DNA of 64,000 nucleotides, from NCBI GenBank assembly GCA_048885525.1, contig JBHLLP010000014.1:17719-81718 (forward strand), given 5' to 3'. Below, piece by piece: positions 16,874-27,586 of this stretch (the stretch's first letter is position 1; each line of letters starts with the position of its first letter). Position numbers and translations under genes: made by a program. Source of the stretch: Candidatus Hermodarchaeota archaeon (GTDB lineage: Archaea > Asgardarchaeota > Lokiarchaeia > Sigyniarchaeales > SOKP01). The notes beneath the pieces were generated by a model. It had not been told where the DNA came from. It saw only the letters and a program-made list of their open reading frames with translations, and did no database searches.

Positions 16874-19252
16874 TTAATATTGAGTTCTCTCGATTATATC
16901 ATTTTGTGCGGCTGTTGTGAGCTCTGTAAACAAAACAGAATATCCAGCAATTCTTACTACTAAACCACGATAATCTTCAGGATTTTCTTGCGCTTTACAT
17001 AAAGTATCTTTGCCAACAACATTAAATTGGATATGATATCCTCCATTAGGCTCAAAATACGATTTAATCAATGGAATAAAAATATCTTGTTTGAGATTAT
17101 TTGGATGAAAATCAAGGATTAATGAAGTTCCATTAGTAATAAGTTCAGTATTCAATTTTTTAACCGAATTAAGTATTGCAGTTGGACCATTTTTATCTCT
17201 TCCGTTAGTAGGTCCTACACCATTTGAAAGAGGATCCCTAGATTTTCGCCCATCTGCAGACGCTGCTGTAAAAGTTCCAAATGTTATATGAAAAGAAGTT
17301 GAATATACTCCTGGATTAAATTTACCGGCACGATAATTTTCATATTTGGATATCTCATTGCAATATTCTCTAACAATATCTACAGCAATCTGATCTACAT
17401 AATCATTATCATTCCCATATTTTGGAACTTTATTTATAAAAAGTTCTCTCCACTCAGATCCTTTTTTTCCTTGGTATGATCCACGATAATTTTTCATAAG
17501 TATTGTTCTCATATCCTCAAATGAGATAAGATTATCTTCAAAAACTAATTTTTTAATTACTGCTAAACTATCTGCAACCGTTGCTAAACCAATTAATTGG
17601 GGGCCTGTAAAATTGTAAATAGCACCGCCTTTAGTTACATCTAAGTCGCGTTCAATACAGTTATCGATCGTAGAAGATAAATAGGGTTTTGGATTAAATT
17701 CGGCAATAGTTTTATCAAGTGTATTCATCGTTAATACCATATTTTTTATAAGAAATTTCATCTGTATCAGAAATGAATTCCAAAGATCTTGATAAGATTT
17801 GATTTCTTTATCCATTTTTATCCCAATTTCTCTTCTGAAAAACATATCCCTTCCATTTGTTAAAGCTAATTCTAAACATTTAAGAATATTAAGTTGACAT
17901 GCATTTGTCGAGCCAAATGATTTACTTGGGTGTTGAGGTTCTACACATCCTATTGGTGCATACTCTCTAGCATCTTCGAGGGTAAGACCACGATTCACAA
18001 GACCCTGAATCATTACATCATCATTAAATAAAGCGATACTAGTGCCTATTTTAACTGATTTAGCAATTTTAATTAAAAAATCCGTTGGAGTGTTTTTATG
18101 AATTCTTATTGAAAATGTAGGTTGAACTGTTTGGAGATGGGAATATGCATCCAGTATGATATATGATAAATCGTTGGTAGCATCATTTCCTTCTCTGTCT
18201 AGACCCCCAATAGTGACATTTTCTGTGATTGGAGGTCCTTCTGCTGCGTTAATAGCAAAGTAAAAGACGTAATTCCATAATGTTGTTAATTTCAGAAAAA
18301 AACATTCGATTAAAAATTGAATTTCTTCATTAGTTATAATTCCGATATTTACGTCATTCACATAGAATGGATAGACTAACTGGTCAAGGCGCCCAATACT
18401 GATAGCCAATCCTCCATCTTCTAGTCCACATATTAGATGATTGAAATATACTAACTGAATGGCTTCTTTAAAGTTTTTTGGTGGATATTCAGAAATATTT
18501 GAGCAAATTTCGGATATTTCTATAAGTTCCTTATGTCTTTTAGGATTTATTTCTGTTTCTGCCATTTTTTCTGCTAAAGATGAAAATCTTTTTATAAATG
18601 ATTTAGCTGCAGTACATACAATAATAACGGACTGTAAAAAAGAGGTTTTAGGACTATCACCAGAAAATTCTTCCAACTTGTTCTTTGCCTTTTTAATCAA
18701 ATTTGTTAATCCAAATTTTAAAATATTTTCATGACCTGGGAAAAAATGACCAATACCGTTAGTTAATTCAGTTTCAACTAGAAATACGTTTGTCTCCATA
18801 ATATTTTTCACTTTTGGATCTAAATTTTCTAAGAAATGCTCTTTTAAAGTGGTTTCTTCGTTTTTCCAAAAAGGAACTATTTTTTCCATAAAATTTTGTT
18901 TTTCCTCGTCTGAAATGTACATTTTCTGAGCAGAACGGTTTTCAAAAGTATTCATATCTTGTTCTAGAAAATCCACTGCTACCTCGGGATATAGTGGAGT
19001 TCCAACATATTTACTACATTGATTTCCTACAATTAATTCATCTTCCCAGATTTTTATAGTCATATTTGTTAATATATGACTTATAGCTTTAGCAAAACGA
19101 ATAACTGGATGTTCTCCTTTTGTTTTTTTATATGAATCAGTAATTAAATTAGCTCTTTCAATACAAATTTCGTGTGGTTGCATAACCACTTTATTTTTCA
19201 TTTTTAAAATTCTATTCTCATAATAAGATGGTGGAAGTTGTTCTAACTGCAT
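16874..19252 (-). CDS. glycyl radical enzyme (PflD/eliminase-like, substrate unknown)
   Basis: Single-Cys loop PIGCVEP, C-terminal LVVRIAGYS glycyl motif, SIGRLDQ; 792 aa. Confidence 0.92.
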   Translation of the reverse strand: MQLEQLPPSYYENRILKMKNKVVMQPHEICIERANLITDSYKKTKGEHPVIRFAKAISHILTNMTIKIWEDELIVGNQCSKYVGTPLYPEVAVDFLEQDMNTFENRSAQKMYISDEEKQNFMEKIVPFWKNEETTLKEHFLENLDPKVKNIMETNVFLVETELTNGIGHFFPGHENILKFGLTNLIKKAKNKLEEFSGDSPKTSFLQSVIIVCTAAKSFIKRFSSLAEKMAETEINPKRHKELIEISEICSNISEYPPKNFKEAIQLVYFNHLICGLEDGGLAISIGRLDQLVYPFYVNDVNIGIITNEEIQFLIECFFLKLTTLWNYVFYFAINAAEGPPITENVTIGGLDREGNDATNDLSYIILDAYSHLQTVQPTFSIRIHKNTPTDFLIKIAKSVKIGTSIALFNDDVMIQGLVNRGLTLEDAREYAPIGCVEPQHPSKSFGSTNACQLNILKCLELALTNGRDMFFRREIGIKMDKEIKSYQDLWNSFLIQMKFLIKNMVLTMNTLDKTIAEFNPKPYLSSTIDNCIERDLDVTKGGAIYNFTGPQLIGLATVADSLAVIKKLVFEDNLISFEDMRTILMKNYRGSYQGKKGSEWRELFINKVPKYGNDNDYVDQIAVDIVREYCNEISKYENYRAGKFNPGVYSTSFHITFGTFTAASADGRKSRDPLSNGVGPTNGRDKNGPTAILNSVKKLNTELITNGTSLILDFHPNNLKQDIFIPLIKSYFEPNGGYHIQFNVVGKDTLCKAQENPEDYRGLVVRIAGYSVLFTELTTAAQNDIIERTQY

Positions 19253-19361
19253 TTAAATCCCTATATATTATCAATAATTCAGTATATTTAAGAATATAAT
19301 TGCTTATTCTAATAAACGTTTTTATAATATGATTTTAAAGAAATTCTAGTATTTCGAAGAT

Positions 19362-20198
19362 TTAGATAAATCTCATCAGATGTTTTTTAGTTTCAGGAGA
19401 AAACAATAGATTTTTTTTAGTTTTATCTTTAAATCTTTTAATTGCCAAATCCAAATATTCTTCATTTGAATCTATTCCTATAAATTTACGATTTAAAATA
19501 TTACAAACAATTCCAGTGGTACCAGAACCTACAAAAGGATCTAATATACTATCCCCTTCATTTGAAGAAGAAGATATTATTCTATTCAATAACTCTAATG
19601 GTTTTTGGGTGGGATGTTTGCCAAATTCTTTCTCATCTTTAAGCAATAAAGGAATTGACCAAACACTTCTCATTTGCTTATCTTTATTCTTCAATTTATC
19701 TTTAGGGTTATTCCAAGACTTCATTTTATCATAATTAAATGTATGGAGTGAGCTTTTAGATTTACGAGCCCATAATATAATTTCATGGCTATGAGTAAAA
19801 TATTTGCATGATAAATTAGGTGGAGCATTGGGCTTATACATTACGATATCATTAATTATATCATAACCATTTTTCTCTAATAGATACCCTATTTTGTAGA
19901 TGATATGCAAAGTCCCAGAAATCCAAATGCTACCATTTTTATTTAAAACTCTTCGACAGGCTTTTAACCATGAATCAGAAAAATTAATATCCTCTTCAAA
20001 ACCTTTTGATTTATCCCATTCACCTTTATTAACAGACACCATTTTGCCTGATTTGCAAGTTACGCCATCATTTGATAAGAAGTAGGGAGGATCAGCATAA
20101 ATTAAATCAAATTTATTACTATCAAATTGATTAAGTATATCTAAAGCATCTCCATGATACAAGACGAAATTTTTCTCTTTAAAATAAGGATTTGTCAT
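19362..20198 (-). CDS. beta-class N6-adenine DNA methyltransferase, DpnA/M2.MboI-like (probably GATC)
   Basis: ADPPYFLSNDG...VSVNKGEWDK, HPTQKP, LDPFVGSGTT. Confidence 0.85.
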   Translation of the reverse strand: MTNPYFKEKNFVLYHGDALDILNQFDSNKFDLIYADPPYFLSNDGVTCKSGKMVSVNKGEWDKSKGFEEDINFSDSWLKACRRVLNKNGSIWISGTLHIIYKIGYLLEKNGYDIINDIVMYKPNAPPNLSCKYFTHSHEIILWARKSKSSLHTFNYDKMKSWNNPKDKLKNKDKQMRSVWSIPLLLKDEKEFGKHPTQKPLELLNRIISSSSNEGDSILDPFVGSGTTGIVCNILNRKFIGIDSNEEYLDLAIKRFKDKTKKNLLFSPETKKHLMRFI

Positions 20199-20353
20199 AT
20201 TAAGATTTAATTATCTTAGAAATTATGTAAAATTCAATCAAGCTTGTTAAGAAAATATAATATCTTTTAATTATTAACTTTAAAGTTTAATATTAACAAA
20301 CACTTAATATTCATGTAAGAAAATCGTTAACTTATTCAAAATGTATTAGAGAT

Positions 20354-21301
20354 TTGGACATGATAAATAAACAAAGATTTGAAGAGTTATTTAGCCAACA
20401 TGTTATTAAAGACATTTCAGAAGAAGAAATTGATATTGTTCTTTCAGGTCAATATGGTAAAGCATTAGAATTATTAAGAGATGCAGAGTCAACTGGATTG
20501 TTTCCTGCTTTAGTTGGCCCCCCAGGAGTTGGTAAAACAATTTTATGTCGATATTTTGCAAGTTTAAGGGCTAAAGAGAAAAAAAACAAAAGTTTTCATT
20601 GGCTAACAATGGATGAGAGTATAAAGCCTTCGCATTTTGTTGGCTCTTTTGATCCCGCAATTACATTAAAGAAAGGTTTTGTACTGGAAGCTTTTAACCC
20701 CGGTCCATTATTAAATGCAATGCTAGAAGGAGGTACCTTCTTAGCTAATGAAATTAATAGGGCTACAGAATATTCTCAAAATACGTTATTAGAACCCCTA
20801 GAGGAAGCTTCAATTGGTATTCCCCATTTAGGACGGATAAAAGCAGATAACGATTTTTTCTTTATATGTGCAATGAATCCTGAAGAATTATCCGGAACAC
20901 ATCGCTTATCTGAAGCTTTGAAAGATAGAATAAAGGTTTGGATCAAACTAACTTATCCGGATAAGTCTACAGAATTAGATATTATAAGAATAAATCTACC
21001 TGAACATTTTATTATTGAAGAATCTGAATTAGAATTGATATATTCAATTATAAAAGAAACGAGACAAAACAAAATAGACATTGAAATTCCTGCCTCTATA
21101 AGAGCCGGAATTGCTATTGCTAAATTATTAGCTAGAAAAAGATTATTAGAGAAAGAAAATAATGTGAAAGAAAAAGAATCTGCATATGTTTATCTCTCAG
21201 AAATTGCCCGGCATGTTTTACTGGGGAGTTTAAAACCTAAACCTGGAGTAAAGGTCGAAAATGTTATAGAAAATATTATTCATAAGACTTTAGGAGGGTA
21301 A
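20354..21301 (+). CDS. MoxR-family AAA+ ATPase
   Basis: GPPGVGKT, FNPGPL, Walker B variant FLANEINRA, AMNP, LSEALKDR. Confidence 0.88.
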   Translation: MDMINKQRFEELFSQHVIKDISEEEIDIVLSGQYGKALELLRDAESTGLFPALVGPPGVGKTILCRYFASLRAKEKKNKSFHWLTMDESIKPSHFVGSFDPAITLKKGFVLEAFNPGPLLNAMLEGGTFLANEINRATEYSQNTLLEPLEEASIGIPHLGRIKADNDFFFICAMNPEELSGTHRLSEALKDRIKVWIKLTYPDKSTELDIIRINLPEHFIIEESELELIYSIIKETRQNKIDIEIPASIRAGIAIAKLLARKRLLEKENNVKEKESAYVYLSEIARHVLLGSLKPKPGVKVENVIENIIHKTLGG

Positions 21302-21306
21302 AATTA

Positions 21307-23796
21307 TTGGGAGTATTTCCTGAAAATCCTTGTGAGTTTGCTGTAGAGTTTATAAGAAGGATGAGAAATCATCCAGATATAATCCAAATGCCTTCTCCAC
21401 GACAAGTGTTATCAATTCCTAATTTAATCATATCAAGATATTATCGTAAAGGGACCATTACTCCAAATGATTTTATTGAAATTGGTACTGTTACTTCATT
21501 TCCCGATAATCAAAATTTAGCAAAAGATATTGCTTTTGAGATTCTCTTTCCAAATTACAAGAAAGACTTAATAAGTTCATTCTTTATTGATGGTGAGAAT
21601 GATAATTTTGAAGATGAATTGAAAAACTCCGGAATCAAATCGGAATTAGAACAATTACAGGATCTCATAGATGAGATTGAATTTTCAAAATCAATTGACA
21701 CAGATATGATTCAGCAATTAGAAAGTTTTATGGAACAATTAGATCAAAAAAGGCATGAAGAACCGTATAAATCAGCACTTAATTTCTTCAATGATGATTC
21801 TGAGTTATATAAAGAAGAAATAACTTCATTTGAGAAATTGCTTGAAGAAGCAAAGAACCGAATGCTTCAAAAAATAAATTCTTTAGATCCGAGGGATCTT
21901 AAAGCTGGTGCTAATTTAGGATTAAATGAATTAGTTCAACAACAATCCTTAAGAGAATGGGAAAAAATTACAAGTAAAGCTTTAAATAATCAAAATATTG
22001 AGAACGATTTAAAGGAATTATTAAAATCAGGAAGTTTAGAAGATTTACTCCAATCTATGAAATTTTTAAAAAATACTGATGCTATTTCTAAAGAACAATT
22101 CGAGAATCTAAAAAAGGAACTACAAAATAAAATTAGTAATTTAGATCAACTTTTTCAATCAGCGAAACACTTAGGAGAAACTCCTAATTTTGACCAAAAT
22201 AAAGTTTTAAGCTATAGTTTAAAACAATCTTCATTTGAACATAATTTCAATTTAGCAAATTCACTTGATCAATTTTTTGGTACCAATCTGAGAGCCCCCT
22301 TATTAGATACTTTTGATCAACAGAATAAAAATTCCCAAATGAATCTTTCACTTGAAACTTTAACAAAAACTGCATTTACAAACAAGTCTTGGAATTCACT
22401 ATTTAATCAAGCATTAAAAAATGCAATTAATGAAGCAAAGTCTCAAAATAAGAAGTATGAGGCTTTTAAATCACTTACTTATCAGTTGCAACAACTTATG
22501 AATAGTTGTCAAAATATGCACTGTAGTCAAAAAATGGCTCAAAACATTCCAAATCTCACGTCTTTAACATTTGAATCTTGTGACACTCCCTCCCAACTAA
22601 GAAATGTAACCGAATTTTTAAGAAAAATTGGTTTAAACCTAAATTCAGAAGTTATTGAGAGAATTGGAAAGAAGCTTCAAATGCCTGAGGATGAAATTTT
22701 TGAATTAATTGAGCCCAATTATCAATTATTAAAAAAATTGGTGGAAAATAAAAAAGCAGATTTTCAAAGATTAACTAATTTAATGAACCAAATTCAAGAT
22801 CAATTAAATTATGATAGAATAAAAGAATTAACTGCTAGCGCTTTAGCTTCTGATAATAGAGATGCACTAGGAGCACTTGGAAACTTTAATTTAAGTGATG
22901 CATTAAAAAGTGCTCAGCAAATTGGAGGTCAAGAAGGTGAAAATAAGATGATTTCTTGTCTATCTGCAGGTACTGGAGAAAATCTACTTAAACAATGGTT
23001 TATTCATCGTAAAGATCTGCCAGAAGGGACTAAACAGAAAGTTAAAGAATTAGCAAAAAAAATGTTAATTGAATTAGGCATATATTATTCAAGAGCACGT
23101 TTAGGCAGTTCTACAACGGGACCAATACCAATTAATATAGTAAGACCTTATTCAATAGGAGACGATTTTGAAAACATTGATCTTGAAGAAACGTTATATA
23201 ATATATTAGAAAAAGGTAAAAAATTAGATCATATTAAATATGATGATTTTTTTGTTTATGAAACTGCTAAAGGGCTTCGAACTGTCTGTTTTGAACTTGA
23301 TATTTCAGGTAGTATGTCGGGGAATAAACTTGCTTATATGAGCATCTGTGTTACGATGTTATGTTATGGGATGCGTAAAGATGAACTCGGAATTACTTTT
23401 TTTGAATCAGATACTCATGTTTTAAAAAGATTGGATGAAAAAGTGGATTTAGAAAAATTAGCTGATGAACTCCTTTCTGTTAAGGCTCGAGGAGGTACAA
23501 GAATACAAAGTGCTATCGAGTGGGCAAACAAGCAATTTAAAGAACATTCTGCCTCACGTGAAAAATTAAATGTATTATTTACTGATGCTGAAATTTTCGA
23601 TATTAAAGATGCTATGGTAGAATTTAAGAAAATGCGTTCATTAGGAGTTGATTTCATATTAGTGTGTCCTGAAGCTTCATATAACTTTAAAGAAGCGAAA
23701 AAAATGGTAAAAGTTGCAGGAGGACAATTGCTTACTATAAAAGACTGGAACGAATTTCCCAAATTAATTTCAGAAATAATTAAATCAAGATTTTAA
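21307..23796 (+). CDS. vWA (MIDAS) domain protein with N-terminal AAA-lid-like domain
   Basis: C-terminal DISGSM, GGT, FTDAE; IDLEETL pre-vWA motif; helical middle region. Confidence 0.85.
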   Translation: MGVFPENPCEFAVEFIRRMRNHPDIIQMPSPRQVLSIPNLIISRYYRKGTITPNDFIEIGTVTSFPDNQNLAKDIAFEILFPNYKKDLISSFFIDGENDNFEDELKNSGIKSELEQLQDLIDEIEFSKSIDTDMIQQLESFMEQLDQKRHEEPYKSALNFFNDDSELYKEEITSFEKLLEEAKNRMLQKINSLDPRDLKAGANLGLNELVQQQSLREWEKITSKALNNQNIENDLKELLKSGSLEDLLQSMKFLKNTDAISKEQFENLKKELQNKISNLDQLFQSAKHLGETPNFDQNKVLSYSLKQSSFEHNFNLANSLDQFFGTNLRAPLLDTFDQQNKNSQMNLSLETLTKTAFTNKSWNSLFNQALKNAINEAKSQNKKYEAFKSLTYQLQQLMNSCQNMHCSQKMAQNIPNLTSLTFESCDTPSQLRNVTEFLRKIGLNLNSEVIERIGKKLQMPEDEIFELIEPNYQLLKKLVENKKADFQRLTNLMNQIQDQLNYDRIKELTASALASDNRDALGALGNFNLSDALKSAQQIGGQEGENKMISCLSAGTGENLLKQWFIHRKDLPEGTKQKVKELAKKMLIELGIYYSRARLGSSTTGPIPINIVRPYSIGDDFENIDLEETLYNILEKGKKLDHIKYDDFFVYETAKGLRTVCFELDISGSMSGNKLAYMSICVTMLCYGMRKDELGITFFESDTHVLKRLDEKVDLEKLADELLSVKARGGTRIQSAIEWANKQFKEHSASREKLNVLFTDAEIFDIKDAMVEFKKMRSLGVDFILVCPEASYNFKEAKKMVKVAGGQLLTIKDWNEFPKLISEIIKSRF

Positions 23797-23801
23797 AAAA
23801 A

Positions 23802-26150
23802 ATGGTAAAAAAATCGATATCAAGTCTTATAATTGAGAAATTTGGTTTAAATTTATATCAAAAATCACTAAAATTTCTTACAAATAAAGTTAATATTATT
23901 GATTTTAAACAAGATCCAATAAAATTAAGAAGTATTATATTAGATGAGGAACGTGAATATCATCTAATAATTGATGAAAGAAATAACGAAATATTTCATG
24001 ATTGTCCCACCTTTCTTATTCATTCAGAAAGAGAAAAAAAAATTTGTATTCACCTAATAAAGTTATTATTAGTTATTAGAGATACTCTTGCTCAAAAGAT
24101 ACTAGAAGATTTTAACAGGTATACATTAACTTCGGAAGATTTAGGCTCGCGGAAAAAAAGTAAGAACTTTATGTTATTAGCGAATAGTTGTTTTGAAAAT
24201 AATAATTGCATTGAAGCATTAAGTTATTTGAATAAAGCAATTATAAACCAACTCGAAAGTGAGAAGATCATTGGAATTTTCTTAGATAAAGCAATTAATA
24301 ATAACTTATTTATAGAATTCTTTGAATTTTTAGAAAATTTGTATGAAAATGAATTAGAAAATTACATATTGAAATATAATATTCAAATTGAAAAAGGATT
24401 TAAAAGATTTTTAAATACCATACCCAATTATTCATTTTTCAACATTATTAAAATTATTGAATCTATTGATAAAATATCAGAATTTAAAGATATTTCATTT
24501 ATAGCTTCATATTTTAATAAATTCCAGGAAATGGTAAATAGTTCGGATTTTAACTCTAAATATTTTTCAATTTATATCATTAAAAAGAATTATGAAAAAT
24601 TGAATAAGATAAATCAAGCATTTAAGGATATTATTTCTGAAACTCAACTAAATGCAATCAAAGTCGAGCTATTGACTTATTTCTTTTCTGAAATTGATAA
24701 TTTTTGTATAATTGAGAAATTAAAGTTATTGAAAAAACAATTTAAAGTCATAAATATTCCTAAAGAGAAATTCTATAGTCAATATAAGAATTATAAAATG
24801 GAAATTCAAGAATTGGAAAGAAAAGTGTATCTCAAAAAATTCGCATTTTTAAAGGTTTTAAGTGAAAAATATAATATAAAAAGAACAAAAGGAGAATTTA
24901 GAAAAAAAAGAAATACATATATTGTCAAACACGATGAAATCAATTTAAAAAATCCTGTTTATAATTATATTATTTCTCGCATTGGTTTTTTTGGATTAAA
25001 CGTTCAGACGATAAAATCTTCTGAAATCGGGATCAATTATTTCATAATGAGAGAATTATTTCTAGATGATTTAAGTAGTTTTCAAGATGTTTTCTACTAT
25101 AAACAACAGTTCTGGGGTGAATTGGATAATTATGAAATAAACCCAATTGACGGTGTATCCTTATCAACTGATAGTACAGAATACAGTTATGACGATGATC
25201 ACAAATATTCTAATGACGTAATGATTATTGAGTGGAATTTGGCAAATAAGCCAATTCAAGGAAGCATAGTAAATGCATATGGTTCTCAAATTATAATTCC
25301 TGATTATAATAACCCCCTTTTTCATGATTTAAAACCATTTGATTTGTGTTATTGTAAAAAAGCTCCTGTAAAAATTGAGAGTAATATAATAAAAACTGTA
25401 AATGTAATTAAAAAATGTTCATTTAAAGATGCTATTAAAAGCATCTCTAAGGGAATGGAATTTATTGAAGGATATTATCCTTTATCATTAGTAAAAGCAG
25501 TGTTAAATAAAGAAATAGATCCATTTCATGCTAATGATTTAGTAGTTAATAACCAAAATAGAGTTTTTATACCAAAATATAATAATTTTATTAAAGCTTT
25601 TAATGAATTTTTATTGAATTTTATTTTTAAAGAAAAAGAATACATCTTTGAAGAACTAAAAACTAATATTGATGAAAATACCACTCAAATTTTATCCTTA
25701 TTAAATTTGAACAATGACTTAGCTGGGTTAGATCTACCCTACACTAAAATATTAAAGGATTCGATTTCACCAAATATTCAATTAAACGAGTTCAAATCAA
25801 GATTTTTAAATAATATTCATGAAATCATAAAAAATATATTAAAAAAAAAGGAACTTGGAAGTACTATTTTGTTTGACTTGAAAAAATTAAAGCATACTCC
25901 ATTCTTTAAATACTCCAATGAAATTCTTGAAATTAGAAAAAAAGAGTTTGAATCTTCGGAAATTCATAGATATCTCGATAAGGATGAGGTGTTGCATAAT
26001 GTATCTGGAATTTATAATACATACTATGGTAAAAAATTCTTGAATATTCTTCAAGTAAAGGATCCACTACTTTTAAAACCCGAAAAATTTAAAAAATTCC
26101 GTGATATTAGTTCAAAATTAAACCTAAAAGTAAAAATTGTAGATTTATAA
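23802..26150 (+). CDS. SWIM zinc-finger-containing protein
   Basis: HDCPTF-x10-CIH SWIM-like motif near the N-terminus, then helical repeats; 5 bp after the vWA gene. Confidence 0.6.
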   Translation: MVKKSISSLIIEKFGLNLYQKSLKFLTNKVNIIDFKQDPIKLRSIILDEEREYHLIIDERNNEIFHDCPTFLIHSEREKKICIHLIKLLLVIRDTLAQKILEDFNRYTLTSEDLGSRKKSKNFMLLANSCFENNNCIEALSYLNKAIINQLESEKIIGIFLDKAINNNLFIEFFEFLENLYENELENYILKYNIQIEKGFKRFLNTIPNYSFFNIIKIIESIDKISEFKDISFIASYFNKFQEMVNSSDFNSKYFSIYIIKKNYEKLNKINQAFKDIISETQLNAIKVELLTYFFSEIDNFCIIEKLKLLKKQFKVINIPKEKFYSQYKNYKMEIQELERKVYLKKFAFLKVLSEKYNIKRTKGEFRKKRNTYIVKHDEINLKNPVYNYIISRIGFFGLNVQTIKSSEIGINYFIMRELFLDDLSSFQDVFYYKQQFWGELDNYEINPIDGVSLSTDSTEYSYDDDHKYSNDVMIIEWNLANKPIQGSIVNAYGSQIIIPDYNNPLFHDLKPFDLCYCKKAPVKIESNIIKTVNVIKKCSFKDAIKSISKGMEFIEGYYPLSLVKAVLNKEIDPFHANDLVVNNQNRVFIPKYNNFIKAFNEFLLNFIFKEKEYIFEELKTNIDENTTQILSLLNLNNDLAGLDLPYTKILKDSISPNIQLNEFKSRFLNNIHEIIKNILKKKELGSTILFDLKKLKHTPFFKYSNEILEIRKKEFESSEIHRYLDKDEVLHNVSGIYNTYYGKKFLNILQVKDPLLLKPEKFKKFRDISSKLNLKVKIVDL

Positions 26151-26164
26151 AATAAATTGTTAAA

Positions 26165-27355
26165 TTAATTTTCAAATTGTAGTTTTCCATAGACAGCATC
26201 ATGTCCAGGTATAAACCAGAACTTTCCTTTCCTTATTTTATTTATAGCTTCGTATAAATCTTCAGGAATGCTATTGAAGTTACTTTTTCCTTCCCATATT
26301 GCATACTCGCTACTATTTTGGGCAATCAATTTTTCATATATTGATAAATTCTTTCTATCATATTCAGATCCTCCTAAAATAACAGAAATTAAGTGTAATA
26401 ATGGTACAATATACTGAAAATTCAATTTAAAAGGACTTTTTTGATCACTTAATTCTTGAGCTCGAGCTAATACACCTTTAGTAAGTTTTTTTCTGCAGTA
26501 AGGACATGAATCTATGTTGAGTTTAGGACTACAAAAATAATCTTGATTTCCAATATGTCTTTCAGGTCTATGCCCGTTATAATAATATTTGCCCTGTGAT
26601 GGTTTGAACTCATAAGTCTTAATAAATCTATTTCTTTTGATTGAATCGATTAAATTTTGGTAATTTAGTTTATTTAAATCAAATATCGTTGCCTCTCTTC
26701 CTATTCTATGAAAATTAATAGAATGGCTATCAGAATTAGATATTACAGAGACCTTATTTAAATCAGAAATTCTTCTGATCATTAAGGGATCAGCACTTAA
26801 TCCAGTTTCAACACAATTTATATAATACATTCCAGTTCCTAAAGCATCTTCCATCGAGTTAAACTGTGAGATATCTCCAAATAAACCAAAATATGGGGTA
26901 AATATATGAGCAGGTATTATTTCAATATCCATATCTATCGATTTTAAACTAAAAATGAGATTTTCTGGAGAATTATAAATTTTTGGTCTCCCTTCCTTAC
27001 TTAAATTACCGAATTTTGTTAATAATTCAACAGTTTCATCTACTTTTTCAAAGTTTGGAAAAAGAATGATAAAATGAATTCTTTTAAATTGTGAATTATT
27101 TTTCCAAATAGCCTCAATTTCTGTTTGTAATACAAAATAAACTTCTGGTACTTGGGGAATGTTGAAAATTCCATTAGAAGTTTCCAATAATTTACATTTT
27201 AATTCATTTAACCATATAGGGTGAAGACAATCACCTGTACCGACTAATTGAATCCCTTTAATATTACAATTATAGGCAATTTTAAAAAGGTCAATGTTTT
27301 TACTCGCACCGCCTGAGAATTTACTATGAATATGTAAATCGCAAATCTTATGCAT
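26165..27355 (-). CDS. endoQ: endonuclease Q (PHP family)
   Basis: DLHIHSKFS, GTGD, PAHIFTP, ETGLSAD, NSDSHS, GKYY..GH, CPYC, KGV..R, PGHDAVYG. Confidence 0.85.
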   Translation of the reverse strand: MHKICDLHIHSKFSGGASKNIDLFKIAYNCNIKGIQLVGTGDCLHPIWLNELKCKLLETSNGIFNIPQVPEVYFVLQTEIEAIWKNNSQFKRIHFIILFPNFEKVDETVELLTKFGNLSKEGRPKIYNSPENLIFSLKSIDMDIEIIPAHIFTPYFGLFGDISQFNSMEDALGTGMYYINCVETGLSADPLMIRRISDLNKVSVISNSDSHSINFHRIGREATIFDLNKLNYQNLIDSIKRNRFIKTYEFKPSQGKYYYNGHRPERHIGNQDYFCSPKLNIDSCPYCRKKLTKGVLARAQELSDQKSPFKLNFQYIVPLLHLISVILGGSEYDRKNLSIYEKLIAQNSSEYAIWEGKSNFNSIPEDLYEAINKIRKGKFWFIPGHDAVYGKLQFEN

Positions 27356-27586
27356 TTTTCTTAAATTGATTTTATTGAAACTTGTTATAAATTTTCAATC
27401 AATTTATTTAAAATCATAAATAAAAATAGAATTAAAATTAACCACAGGTTAAAGTCAGAACTAACGGCAATTCATAATTAATAAATAAAGTTAGATGTTA
27501 TTTTTTTAATAGTATTTTTATTATTATGCATAAATTTTATTTACATAGAATCTGAAACTTTAATTGATAACAATTAAACAATATAA

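Noticed and set aside
16686-20198. tRNA-anchored genomic island carrying the GRE and MTase
   Set aside because: Genes lie 5' of the tRNA; no integrase and no duplicated tRNA 3' end seen.
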